Shown here piece after piece: positions 10,224 to 19,903 of a DNA stretch of 47,556 bases. The first letter of the stretch is position 1. Each line of letters begins with the position of its first letter. Made by a program: the position numbers and the translations under genes. Source of the DNA: an uncultured Sphingomonadaceae bacterium. Lineage in GTDB: Bacteria > Pseudomonadota > Alphaproteobacteria > Sphingomonadales > Sphingomonadaceae. Below the pieces are notes generated by a model. The model worked only from the letters and a program-made list of their open reading frames with translations. It made no database searches and was not told the DNA's origin. The stretch lies in contig CAXUEV010000001.1 in the NCBI GenBank assembly GCA_964250105.1, positions 1 through 47,556 of the forward strand, written 5' to 3'.

Positions 10224-11933
10224 TCAGGCGCCCGGGATCATCGGGCTCGCGCGTGTCGTCGGGGCGCTGGCGGGATCGGGTGCGTCGTCCTGCCAGCGCA
10301 CCGAGCCGAACGGGCGTTCGAGCATCCGGCGGATGACGATGCCGTCGCTTCCCCCGTGGAACTCGGCGAGCGCCTCGTCGAGCGCGCGGTCCTCGGCCGT
10401 CGCCCGGTTGCGCTGATGCAGATAGTCGAGCCATGTCGGACAGTGGAATCGCTCGACCCACAGCTCGGGCTCGGCGATGTCGCGCGCGACCGACCAGCCG
10501 TAGCCGCCGTTGCGCTGGCGTACGGGCTGGACCTTCTGCAGCGCCCGGTAGAACGATCGCGCCTGATCGAGCGGCACGCGGTAGCCGATCTCGACGACGA
10601 CCGGTCCGCTCCGTGCGGTCAGCGCGAGCTTCACCTTGGGATCGGGCAACAGGTCGCCGTCGGGTCCGACCGCCTCGCGCACCGTCGGCGCCGGAATGAC
10701 GAGACCGATGAGCACCGTCGCCATCATCGCCATGCCCGAGACGACGAGCGTGCTCGCGACGCCGTGGGTCGAGGCGAAATCGCCCCAGAACCACGCGCCG
10801 ACGCCGACGCTGCCGGCGACCGCGGCGCTGAACGCGGCGAGGCAGCGCCCGGCGACCCAGCGCGGCGCCGACAGCTGGATCGAGATGTTGAGGAGCGCGG
10901 TCATCGTCGTCCAGAAGGCGCCGCCGACGAACAGGATCAGCAGGTCGAGGATCATGCTACGGCTCACGCCGACGCCGATCATCGCCGCGCCCGTCATCAC
11001 CGTGCACAGCGCGACGGTCCACTGCGCCGAGAAGCGGGCGCGGATATAGCCGATGTTGAGCGCGCCGATCACCGCGCCGACCCCGAATGCGCCGAGCAGC
11101 AGGCCGTAGGTGCCGGCGCCGCCGCCCAGCAGGTCGCGCGACGTCAGCGGCATCAGCGCCACCAGCGAACCATAGGCGAGCCCCGCCGCCGTCGTGCGGA
11201 TCAGCACGGCGCGAACCGGCGCCGTCAGCGCGACATAGCGGATGCCCGACAGCATCGCCCGGCCGATCCGTTCGGGCGGCAGGCGCGCGGTCACCGGCGC
11301 GCGCTGCCAGCGGAAGAAGGCGACGAACATCGGCACGAGCAGGATCGTCGTGATCGCGAACCCGCTCAGCGGGCTCGTCGCCGCGACGATCAGCCCGCCC
11401 ACCGCCGGCCCGAAGCTCCGCGCGAGGTTCATCGCGATCGAGTTGAGCGCCACCGCCGACGGCAGATGTTCGGGCGGCACCTGCTCGGCGATCGCCGACT
11501 GCGACGCGGGCGCCGACAGCGACATGCCGCAGCCGACGAGGAACGCGAACACGAGCAGGACGGCGGGAGTCACCACCCCGAAGAACGACGCGACCGCCAG
11601 CGCCGCCGAGCTGGCGATGCCGATGCCGAGCGCGATCAGGGCGATGACGCGGCGATCGTACATGTCGGCGATCGCGCCGGCGGGAAGCGCGAAGAGCATG
11701 ATCGGCACCGTCAGGCTCGTCTGGACGAGCGCGACCAGCGTCGGCGAGGTCGTCATCTGCGTCATCGCCCAGCCCGAGCTGACGCCCAGCACCATCACGC
11801 CGAGATTGAACATCAGGCCGCCGACCCACATCCGCCGGAACAGCGGCGAGACGAGCGCCGCGGTCGTCCTCGGTGCCGCGGCAGGGGCGGGTTCGGTGGT
11901 CAAAATTCCTGCTCCATTCCGCCTGATCGCCAC
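10224..11933 (-). CDS. MFS transporter (MFS_3-type with soluble C-terminal domain)
   Basis: About 12 hydrophobic segments, GAIADMYDRR loop motif, NLARSFGPAVGG, and a C-terminal WVERFHCPTWLDYL domain. Confidence 0.88.
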   Translation of the reverse strand: MAIRRNGAGILTTEPAPAAAPRTTAALVSPLFRRMWVGGLMFNLGVMVLGVSSGWAMTQMTTSPTLVALVQTSLTVPIMLFALPAGAIADMYDRRVIALIALGIGIASSAALAVASFFGVVTPAVLLVFAFLVGCGMSLSAPASQSAIAEQVPPEHLPSAVALNSIAMNLARSFGPAVGGLIVAATSPLSGFAITTILLVPMFVAFFRWQRAPVTARLPPERIGRAMLSGIRYVALTAPVRAVLIRTTAAGLAYGSLVALMPLTSRDLLGGGAGTYGLLLGAFGVGAVIGALNIGYIRARFSAQWTVALCTVMTGAAMIGVGVSRSMILDLLILFVGGAFWTTMTALLNISIQLSAPRWVAGRCLAAFSAAVAGSVGVGAWFWGDFASTHGVASTLVVSGMAMMATVLIGLVIPAPTVREAVGPDGDLLPDPKVKLALTARSGPVVVEIGYRVPLDQARSFYRALQKVQPVRQRNGGYGWSVARDIAEPELWVERFHCPTWLDYLHQRNRATAEDRALDEALAEFHGGSDGIVIRRMLERPFGSVRWQDDAPDPASAPTTRASPMIPGA

Positions 11934-12031
11934 TCCGGCCGGGCATCCGGCCCGGCAACGTCATTTACAATCCCCGGGGTACGAGAGAGGACGGACCGGG
12001 GCAATGGCGCGTTGGCGGCAGGTCGGACGGA

Positions 12032-13024
12032 ATGAGGCGCGCGTCGTTGTCGAAGCTCCTGCGGATCGATCCCTTTCTGGCGATGCTGGTGGCGACCGTC
12101 GCCCTCGCCAGCATCGCGCCCGCCCGCGGACAGGGAGCGGTCGCGGCATCGTGGCTGAGCGGGGTCGCGGTCGCGCTGCTGTTCTTCCTCCACGGGGCGC
12201 GGCTCTCGACGCAGGCCGTCGTCTCCGGCCTGCGGTCGTGGCCGATCCACCTCACCGTCCTGGCCGCGACGTTCGTTCTGTTTCCGCTGGTCGGCGTCGT
12301 CGCCCGGCATCTCGCCGACCGCGGACTGAACCCGGCGATCGGCGCGGGGGTCCTGCTGCTGTGCGTGATGCCGTCGACGGTGCAGTCGTCGATCGCCTTC
12401 ACCGCGCTCGCCCGCGGCAACGTGCCCGCGGCCGTCGCCAGTGCCGCGGCGTCGAGCCTCGTCGGCGTCGTCGTCACGCCGCTCCTCGCCGCCTGGCTCC
12501 TGTCGGGCGGCGCGCACGCGGCGTCGTGGGACGGGATCTACCGGATCGCCGGGCAGCTGCTGCTGCCGTTCGTCGTCGGCCACGCGATGCGGCCGCTGAT
12601 CGCGGCGTTCCTCGATCGCCACCGCGCGCTCGTCGGCAAGGTCGACCGCGGCGTCATCCTCGCCGTCGTCTACACCGCGTTCAGCGCCGCCGTCGTCGAG
12701 GGGCTGTGGCGGCGCTACACCGCCACCGACCTGCTCTGGACCGCGGGCATCGATGCGGCGATCCTGGCGGTCGCGCTCGTCGCCACGACGCTCGGCGCGC
12801 GCGCGCTGGGGTTCGCCAGGGCCGACGAGATCGCGATCGTCTTCTGCGGCTCGAAGAAGAGCCTCGCCTCGGGCGTACCGATGGCGAGCGCGATGTTCCC
12901 GCCCGCGCTGGTCGGCCCGATGATCATGCCGCTGATGCTGTTCCATCAGCTGCAGCTGATGGCCTGCGCGGTCCTGGCGCAACGCTATGCCGCCCGCGCC
13001 GCCGATCCGTCACCCCGACCTTGA
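12032..13024 (+). CDS. Bile acid:sodium symporter family (SLC10/YfeH-like) transporter
   Basis: LLFFLHGARLS, PSTVQSSIAFT...GNV, FCGSKKSLASG and FHQLQL motifs. Confidence 0.88.
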   Translation: MRRASLSKLLRIDPFLAMLVATVALASIAPARGQGAVAASWLSGVAVALLFFLHGARLSTQAVVSGLRSWPIHLTVLAATFVLFPLVGVVARHLADRGLNPAIGAGVLLLCVMPSTVQSSIAFTALARGNVPAAVASAAASSLVGVVVTPLLAAWLLSGGAHAASWDGIYRIAGQLLLPFVVGHAMRPLIAAFLDRHRALVGKVDRGVILAVVYTAFSAAVVEGLWRRYTATDLLWTAGIDAAILAVALVATTLGARALGFARADEIAIVFCGSKKSLASGVPMASAMFPPALVGPMIMPLMLFHQLQLMACAVLAQRYAARAADPSPRP

Positions 13025-13033
13025 GGAGCGACC

Positions 13034-13849
13034 ATGCACCCGCGCCTGTCCGTCAACGGCATCTCGTCGTTCAACTGGACGCTCGAACAGGATATCGCCC
13101 TCTATCGCGAGATCGGCCTCACGGTCGTCGGCGCGTCGCTCGGCAAGGTCGACACCGACGTCGCCGCGAGCGCCGACATGATCCGCGCGGCGGGCTTGCG
13201 CGTCTCCAGCCTCGTCACGACGATCAGCCCGGCCTGCCCGCTCCAGGCCCTGCGCGACGGCAGCGACGCGGTGTTCGACCAGCTCCGTCCGGCGATCGAC
13301 GCCGCCGCCGCGATCGGCAGTCCGCTCTGCTGCTTCACGTCGGGGCCGGCACCGTCGCGGTCGACGACCGACGAGTCGCTCGACGCGCTGGCGCAGCTGC
13401 TCGCGCCGGCGGTCGCCTACGGCCGCGGCAAGGGCGTGCGGCTGGCGGTGGAGAACACCAGCGTCGCCAGCCGCTTCCACGGCTTCGTCCATAACGTGCC
13501 CGACGCGGTCCGCGTGTCCCGCGACGGCGACGTCGACATCTGCCTCGAGCTGCAGAACTGCTGGTACGAGGGCAATCTCGCTTCGGTGTTCCACGAGAAT
13601 ATCGGCCGGATCGGCATCGTCCAGGTCAACGACTTCGTCGTCGGCGAGGAACTGAAGTTCAACCGCCGCGTGCCCGGCGACGGCGACATGCCGCTCGTGC
13701 CGCTGATCGCCAGCCTGCTCGACGCCGGCTACACGGGCCTCTTCGACATCGAGGTGTTAGGCCCCAGCATCGAGCACGAAGGCTATGCCTCGGTGATCCG
13801 GCGCAGCGTCGACTGGCTCGACGCCACGCTGACCAGGCTGGGTGCCTGA
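13034..13849 (+). CDS. Sugar-phosphate isomerase/epimerase (xylose-isomerase-like TIM barrel)
   Basis: LAVEN, QVND, RRVPGDG and GYTGLFDIE motifs. GAGGAG RBS. Confidence 0.82.
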   Translation: MHPRLSVNGISSFNWTLEQDIALYREIGLTVVGASLGKVDTDVAASADMIRAAGLRVSSLVTTISPACPLQALRDGSDAVFDQLRPAIDAAAAIGSPLCCFTSGPAPSRSTTDESLDALAQLLAPAVAYGRGKGVRLAVENTSVASRFHGFVHNVPDAVRVSRDGDVDICLELQNCWYEGNLASVFHENIGRIGIVQVNDFVVGEELKFNRRVPGDGDMPLVPLIASLLDAGYTGLFDIEVLGPSIEHEGYASVIRRSVDWLDATLTRLGA

Positions 13850-13855
13850 CGCCCT

Positions 13856-16369
13856 CTAGAATTCGACCGTCAGGTCGATGCCGAAGGTCCGGGCACGCTC
13901 GTACTCGGCGACGATCGTGGTGATGAACGAATTGCCGAGGTTGACCGACTTGTCGTCGAACAGGTTGCGCGCCCAGAGCGCCGCCGCGCCCTTGATCCCG
14001 CCGACTTCGAAGCCCTGCAGCGCCAGCCGGCCGTTGGCGATCCAGTACGCACCGATCGTCGACGCCTGGCTGTAGATCGCCTGCTCGGCAGCCGACAGCG
14101 AAGCGCTGACGTTGGGCACGCCGGCGACGGTGAACTGCCGCGACCGCCAGTTGCCGTCGATGCGCGCCAGCAGGCTGATGTCGCCCGACACCGGCGTCTC
14201 GTACTGCGCCGACACATTCGCCGTCCATTTCGGGCGGCTTGCGGCGCGATACTCGGCCTGGCCCGTCGTCAGCAGCGGCGAAAGTCGCGTATACTTGAAA
14301 TGCGTGTAGCCGAGGCCGCCCGAGAAGACGAGGCCCGACACCGGTGCGACCGTCGTCTCGAGCTCGAAGCCCTTGGCCCGCGCATCGCCGGTATTGACCA
14401 GCGCCTGGTTGATGAACGGGTTCGGCGGCGTCAGCAGCGCGCCGTTCACGGGAGTCTGGAGATTGCCGTACTTGACGGTGAAGAGCGCGAGGTTGGCGCG
14501 GACGCGGCGGTCGAGCAGTTCGGCCTTGACGCCTCCCTCCCACGACTTGGCGGTTTCGGGCTCGTAGATGATCGCGGCGAGACTGCCCCCCGAGATATAG
14601 CCCGTGCTGTACTTGCCGTAAGCCAATATGTCCGGGCTGAACTTGTAGTTCGCGCCGAGCGTGTAGGTGATCTCGTTGTCCTTGTACGCCAAGGGGAAGA
14701 CCAGTGTGGGGTTGCTCCCGTTCGTCAGGGTGCGGTCGATGCCCGTCTTCTTGTCGTGGGTGTAGCGAATGCCGCCGACGGCATCGAGTTCGGGCGTGAT
14801 GTGGAACTCGCCCTGCGTGTAGGCGGCATAGGATTCGATGTCGATGTTCGTCTCGCGGCCGGCGATGCCGACCAGCTGTCCGGCGAACGGCACCGCGAAG
14901 CCGGGATAGACCCGGAACGGACCGCTGCGCACGCGCCCGAGGTCGCCGTCGACGCCGGCATTGGCGCGCGTCTGCTTCTGGTCGTAGTAAAGCGCGCCCG
15001 CCGTCAGCGTGACGAAGTCGCTGTCGTAGTTGACCTGGAACTCGTCGCTGAACTGCTTGTCGATGCCGCCGGTGGTCGTCGCCTGGATCAGCAGCGGCGC
15101 GCCGATCGTCGACGCCGCCACCGCCTGGCCGAGAACCGCGGCGAACAACGGATTGCCCGTGTTGTAGATGCCGCCGAGACCGTCGACATTGTTCCACGGA
15201 CTATAATATTGCGAGCGTCGATAGGCGAGGATGTTCTTCAGCGTGATCGAATCTGTCGCCTTGTAGACGGCGGTCAGCGAATGTCCCCGGTTCTTGACGC
15301 GGCTGGGAACCGTCGCCCAGTTGTTCACCGCGTCCGGGCGCGTCCGCGAGATCGGCACGATCGCGCCGGGGTTCGGCTGGCCCGTCAGCAGTCCCTGGAT
15401 CAGCGGCGACCTGTAGAGCGAGCCCTGCCCCGTGCCCGAGAAGACGCTCGCGGTGTCGTCGAAGCGGTAGACTGCCGTGAAATTACCGGCATCGAACTTG
15501 ACCGCGGCGGTGAACGCCTCGAGGTTGTTGTCGCCGAGATAGTCGGGCGACGTATAGGTCGTCGGCTTGCCGTTGAAGGCGCCGGTGAAGTCCCACACCG
15601 TGCCGCCGCCGAGGTTGCGGATTTCGCCGCGTCGCTCGAAGTGCGTATAGGCGAACGAGGCGCTGAACGGCCCCCACGACGGCGTGTTGACGCGCGTGAC
15701 CGACCGTAACTGGTCGTAGTTGCCGATGCTGACGGTCTGCTTGAGGCCGAATTCACCGCTGGGCTCGGGCGTGGTGATGCTGATCGCGCCCGCGGTCGAG
15801 TTGCGGCCGAACAGCGTGCCCTGGGGCCCGCGCAGCGCCTCGATGCGCTCGATCTCCGCGAGCTCGAAGATCGAGCCGTAGGTCGAGCCGAGGAACACGC
15901 CGTCGATGTAGAGCGCGACGCCCTTGTCCGAGCCGGCCGACGTGCCCGCCGCGACGAGGCCGCGCATCGTGTAGAGCGGCGCGCCATTGGCGCCGCTCTG
16001 CGTGCGGATCGAGAGGTTGGGCACGACCGAATCGAGATCACGGACACTGGTGATGCGGTTGGCGACGAGCGCCTGTGTTGTCAGCGCCGTGACCGACACC
16101 GGCACGTCTTGCAGGCTCTGTGCCCGCTTCTGCGCGGTGACGATGATCTCGTCGAGGCCCGCGCCGCCCGCCGCCGGCTGCGCTGCGGCGGCCGCGTCCT
16201 GCTGGACGATCTCCTGTCGTCCCGGATCGGCGGACGGCACCGTCGGGGCCTGCGATTGCGCGAGCGCCGGGGCGCCGAGCGCCATGAGGCCGATGCACGT
16301 CAGTCGGCGGACGACTCCTGGCCGTACAGCATAGTCGGTCTCCGCTCGGCGCACTTCGATTATCGACAT
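13856..16369 (-). CDS. TonB-dependent receptor
   Basis: EIIVTAQKR, RIEALRGPQGTLFGRNSTAGAI and C-terminal F. Confidence 0.93.
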   Translation of the reverse strand: MSIIEVRRAETDYAVRPGVVRRLTCIGLMALGAPALAQSQAPTVPSADPGRQEIVQQDAAAAAQPAAGGAGLDEIIVTAQKRAQSLQDVPVSVTALTTQALVANRITSVRDLDSVVPNLSIRTQSGANGAPLYTMRGLVAAGTSAGSDKGVALYIDGVFLGSTYGSIFELAEIERIEALRGPQGTLFGRNSTAGAISITTPEPSGEFGLKQTVSIGNYDQLRSVTRVNTPSWGPFSASFAYTHFERRGEIRNLGGGTVWDFTGAFNGKPTTYTSPDYLGDNNLEAFTAAVKFDAGNFTAVYRFDDTASVFSGTGQGSLYRSPLIQGLLTGQPNPGAIVPISRTRPDAVNNWATVPSRVKNRGHSLTAVYKATDSITLKNILAYRRSQYYSPWNNVDGLGGIYNTGNPLFAAVLGQAVAASTIGAPLLIQATTTGGIDKQFSDEFQVNYDSDFVTLTAGALYYDQKQTRANAGVDGDLGRVRSGPFRVYPGFAVPFAGQLVGIAGRETNIDIESYAAYTQGEFHITPELDAVGGIRYTHDKKTGIDRTLTNGSNPTLVFPLAYKDNEITYTLGANYKFSPDILAYGKYSTGYISGGSLAAIIYEPETAKSWEGGVKAELLDRRVRANLALFTVKYGNLQTPVNGALLTPPNPFINQALVNTGDARAKGFELETTVAPVSGLVFSGGLGYTHFKYTRLSPLLTTGQAEYRAASRPKWTANVSAQYETPVSGDISLLARIDGNWRSRQFTVAGVPNVSASLSAAEQAIYSQASTIGAYWIANGRLALQGFEVGGIKGAAALWARNLFDDKSVNLGNSFITTIVAEYERARTFGIDLTVEF

Positions 16370-16577
16370 GGTGATCCCCCAAAGGCTTTGCTGCGCGTTC
16401 GTTCTCCGACGCGCTTCAAATCAAGGCTGTTAATGATCCGAACAAAGCATCGCGGTCCGAGCGTGTCAACGCCCGTTGCCACCGGTTCAGCTCCGGCACT
16501 ATGACGGCGATAGGTGCGGGCGAGCGGTGACCGAAGATCCCCTCGATCGCCGGCGGCGTCACCAACAGGGGTAAAGG

Positions 16578-18197
16578 ATGTCCGGATCGGAGTCGAAGGC
16601 GACCATCGCGGCGATGCTCGCGCAGAACGCCGCGACATGGGGCGACAGGGATGCGGTCGTCACCGCCGGCGAGACCATCGGCCATGCCGAACTCGACCGG
16701 CGGAGCGCGACGATGGCGCGGGCGCTGCTGGCGATCGGTGCCGGCAAGGGGACGCGCATCGCGCTGCTCGCGCCCGACGGCATCCTGTGGCTGACCAGCT
16801 TCTTCGCCGGCCTGCGGATCGGCGCGCTCGTCGCGACCGTCAGCACGCTGGCGACGCCGGGCGAGCTCGCGCATATCGTGCGCCACAGCGACTGCCAGAT
16901 CCTGATCGGCGCGCGGCGCTTCCTGCGGCACGACTATGCGCAGAAGCTGGCCACCGGGCTGCCGGGCCTCGCCGACGGCACGGCGGAGGCGCTGCGCCTG
17001 CCCGCGGCGCCCTACCTCCGCTCGATCTGGCTCGACGATGCCGAGGGGCTGGGCTGGGCACGGCCGGTCGCCGACCTGATCGCCCGCGCCGATGCGCCCG
17101 ACGCGCCCGACGCGATGCTGTTCGCCGAGATCGAGAAGGAGGTCGTTCCCGCCGACGACGCGGTGATCATCTACACCTCGGGCAGCACCTCGCTGCCCAA
17201 GGCGGTCGTCCACAACCAGCGCGGGCTGGTGACGCACGCCCGGGTGATGGCCGAGCACTTCGTCATCGGCGACCGCACGCGGCTGATGTCGCTGCTGCCG
17301 CTGTTCTGGGTCGGCGGGCTGACGGGCGCGCTCCAGCTGCTGTCGGTCGGGGGGGCGCTGGTCTATCCGGCGTCGCCCGAGACCGAGGTCGCGCTCGACA
17401 CGATCGAGCGCTTCGGCGTGACGCACGTCAACAACTGGGGGCCGCAGCACAACCGGCTGCGCGATGCCGCCGCCGCGCGCGGCATCGATGTCGACCGGAT
17501 CGCCGGCTACATGCCGCGGCGCGACCGGCGCGGCGAGATCATCCCGCTGCCTCGCCAGGCGACGCTGCTCGGCATGACCGAGACCCTCGGACCGCACAGC
17601 AGCGAGCCGTTCGACACAGCGCTGCCCGAGGACAAGGTCGGCGCGTCGGGGCGCGCGACGAGCGACTACGAACGCCGCGCCGTCGATCCCGAGACCGGCG
17701 CGGAGGTCGCGCTCGGCGAGGTCGGCGTGTTGCAGCTGCGCGGCGGCAGCCTGATGAGCGGCTTCTACAAGGTCGACCGCGGCCGCGTCTTCACCCGCGA
17801 CGGCTTCTACCAGACCGACGACCTCGTCAGCCTCGACGCCGACGGCTATCTCTATTTCCGCGGCCGGCAGGGCGACATGTTCAAGACCAGCGGCGCCAAC
17901 GTCTCGCGGCTCGAGGTCCAGGCGGCCTTGAACGAGCTGGCCGAGGTCGACCTGCCGATCGTCGTCGGCCTGCGCGATCCGGAAGCCGGCCAGCTCGTCG
18001 TCGCCGCGGTCGTGCCCGCCGCCGGCGCGCAGCCGTCCGAACAGTCGCTCAAGGCGCAGCTGCGCGACCGGCTGGCGAGCTACAAGATCCCGCGCCGGAT
18101 CGTCTTCATCGCGGCGGAGGACGTGCAGTGGACGCCGTCGAACAAGGTCAAGATGGCCGAGATGACCCGTCTGGTCGCCGAACGGCTGGCGACCTGA
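16578..18197 (+). CDS. AMP-dependent acyl-CoA synthetase/ligase
   Basis: YTSGSTSLPK, GMTET, YQTDD, GRQGDMFK and WTPSNKVK. Confidence 0.9.
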   Translation: MSGSESKATIAAMLAQNAATWGDRDAVVTAGETIGHAELDRRSATMARALLAIGAGKGTRIALLAPDGILWLTSFFAGLRIGALVATVSTLATPGELAHIVRHSDCQILIGARRFLRHDYAQKLATGLPGLADGTAEALRLPAAPYLRSIWLDDAEGLGWARPVADLIARADAPDAPDAMLFAEIEKEVVPADDAVIIYTSGSTSLPKAVVHNQRGLVTHARVMAEHFVIGDRTRLMSLLPLFWVGGLTGALQLLSVGGALVYPASPETEVALDTIERFGVTHVNNWGPQHNRLRDAAAARGIDVDRIAGYMPRRDRRGEIIPLPRQATLLGMTETLGPHSSEPFDTALPEDKVGASGRATSDYERRAVDPETGAEVALGEVGVLQLRGGSLMSGFYKVDRGRVFTRDGFYQTDDLVSLDADGYLYFRGRQGDMFKTSGANVSRLEVQAALNELAEVDLPIVVGLRDPEAGQLVVAAVVPAAGAQPSEQSLKAQLRDRLASYKIPRRIVFIAAEDVQWTPSNKVKMAEMTRLVAERLAT

Positions 18198-18201
18198 TAT
18201 C

Positions 18202-18246
18202 TGGAGCGGGCGAAGGGATTCGAACCCTCGACCCCAACCTTGGCAA
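18202..18246 (-). other. att site: 3' 45 nt of tRNA-Gly(GCC), not an intact tRNA
   Basis: The minus strand reads TTGCCAA GGTTG GGGTC GAGGG TTCGAAT CCCTT CGCCCGC TCCA, i.e. anticodon loop, T-arm, acceptor 3' strand and CCA. The upstream sequence (GGGGAAAG) cannot form the 5' anticodon stem or D-arm. Confidence 0.9.
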
Positions 18247-18377
18247 CTTTCCCCGAGTGTTCCATACGGCATCCTAGCGCACCGCGAATAAGCTCACAAA
18301 TGCCTCTGTCTACTTGCATTCTCTACCCACTTGAGCTACTCCTGTGTTCGCTCCAGCTCGCCCGAGTTGGGCATTTT

Positions 18378-18426
18378 CTGCTTACCTCCTGCTTACCCGG
18401 CGATTAAGCTTGGTCCGGGTAAGCAG
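18378..18426. repeat. Putative integrase arm-type binding sites
   Basis: CTGCTTACC occurs twice in direct orientation (18378-18386, 18389-18397). CTGCTTACCCGG (18389-18400) and CCGGGTAAGCAG (18415-18426) form a perfect 12-bp inverted repeat between the att site and the integrase. Confidence 0.55.
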
Positions 18427-18446
18427 ATGAGGCGAAGGACGGGCGC

Positions 18447-19733
18447 ATGGGAAAGCTCACCAAACGGTTTATCGACGCACTTAGGCCGACACCGGGCCGC
18501 GACGTTGTCGCCTGGGACAGTGAGTTGCGCGGCTTCGGCATTCGAGTGAAGCCGAGCGGCGCGATTTCCTACCTGATTCAGTATCGGAACGCGGAGGACC
18601 GCAGTTGCCGCCTGACGCTCGGCAAGGCGGGCACGCTCACGCCCGATGAGGCGCGAGCGCTGGCACGCAGCAAGCTTGCCGATGTCGCGAAGGGTGCCGA
18701 CCCAGTGGCCGAGAAGCGTGCCGCGAGCGGCGCACCAACCGTATCCGAAGTCTGCAATTGGTACCTGGAGAATGCCAAGGCTGGCCGAATCCTTGGTAGG
18801 AAGGGGCGGCCCATCAAGGGATCCACGCTGACTCTCGACGAGGGCCGGATCAACACGCACGTGGCACCGCTCATCGGTAGTCGCCGAGTGAGGAGCCTGA
18901 CGATTGCGGACCTCGAAGGCTTCCAAGCCGATATCGTTGCGGGCAAAACAGCCAAGCCGCGAACCGGACCGCGCGGAGGCAACACGACCGGCGGCCCGGG
19001 CGTCGCTGGCCGGACGGCCGGCATGCTGCACACGATCTTCGCCCACGCGAAACGCCTCAACCGGATTGAGGCCAATCCCGCCGAAGGGCAGAGGAAGTTC
19101 ACCGCTCCCAAGAAGGCCAAGCGCCGCCTGAGCCTCGAGGAGATCGCGCGGCTCGGCACTGCGATGGCCGAGGCCACCGCTGAACACGAGAACGTGACCG
19201 GGATCGAAGCCATCCGCGTGCTCCTCCTCACCGGCTTCCGGCGCATGGAGGGGCTCGGACTTAAGCGCGCCTGGGTTCGCGACCGAGAAGGAGCCGTCTA
19301 TTTTCCCGATACCAAGAGCGACTTTCAGATCCGAGCGATCGGCCGGTCAGCTGCGGAGGCGATAAAGGCGCAGTCCGGCCGCAGGGGATCGGAGTACGTC
19401 TTCCCGGCCGATGTGGGAGAAGGCCACTTTATCGGGGTAGTGCGCGTTCTGCAGCGGGTCTGTAGGCGGGCAAACCTGACCGACGTCACACCGCACACAT
19501 TACGGCACACTTTCGCCAGCGTCGCCGGTGACCTTGGCTTCTCCGAGCTCACCATCGCCGGCCTGCTTGGCCACGCTCCCCGCGGAGTTACGCAGGGCTA
19601 CATCCACCTCGATCGCGCGCTCGTCGTGGCTGCCGACCAAGTCTCCGCCGAGATCGCCCGAGCATTGAGTAAGCCCCTCTCTAGAAAAATGAGGCCGGCG
19701 AAGGCTCGAGGTCACATGCGGATCTCAGCGTAG
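18447..19733 (+). CDS. Tyrosine recombinase/integrase with N-terminal arm-binding domain (P4-like)
   Basis: N-terminal WDSELRGFGIRVKPSG; catalytic R (TGFRRME), HTLRH, LLGH and Y (QGYIH). Confidence 0.93.
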   Translation: MGKLTKRFIDALRPTPGRDVVAWDSELRGFGIRVKPSGAISYLIQYRNAEDRSCRLTLGKAGTLTPDEARALARSKLADVAKGADPVAEKRAASGAPTVSEVCNWYLENAKAGRILGRKGRPIKGSTLTLDEGRINTHVAPLIGSRRVRSLTIADLEGFQADIVAGKTAKPRTGPRGGNTTGGPGVAGRTAGMLHTIFAHAKRLNRIEANPAEGQRKFTAPKKAKRRLSLEEIARLGTAMAEATAEHENVTGIEAIRVLLLTGFRRMEGLGLKRAWVRDREGAVYFPDTKSDFQIRAIGRSAAEAIKAQSGRRGSEYVFPADVGEGHFIGVVRVLQRVCRRANLTDVTPHTLRHTFASVAGDLGFSELTIAGLLGHAPRGVTQGYIHLDRALVVAADQVSAEIARALSKPLSRKMRPAKARGHMRISA

Positions 19734-19888
19734 CCGCAGGGCTGCTCCTTACTGGGAATTTGCCCTTGTCAGAACACGAACAGAAGATGGTAGTTAGCTT
19801 TTTGACTTCTGGCCGCGTGCCACCTTCAGACACTTCCGCACCACGATGAGTGTCCGCTCCAAAAACACGCTGGACGGCGTGCCGGCGA

Positions 19889-19903
19889 GAACATCAGGAG
19901 AAC
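19889..19903 (+). promoter_or_regulatory. Candidate alphaproteobacterial LexA (SOS) box
   Basis: GAAC-ATCAGGA-GAAC matches GAAC-N7-GAAC, in the intergenic region upstream of the Lamassu operon. A near-match GAAC-N7-GAAG lies at 19772-19786. Confidence 0.4.

Noticed and set aside
7853-18277. Long alternative-frame and antisense ORFs (e.g. 7853-10336, 9738-12035, 11242-13494, 16416-18272, 16514-18277)
   Set aside because: Arg/Pro/Ala-rich shadows of well-supported genes, as expected in high-GC DNA; no motifs.
18202-18280. Functional tRNA-Gly gene
   Set aside because: Only the 3' 45 nt are present; the D-arm, 5' acceptor strand and 5' anticodon stem are absent.
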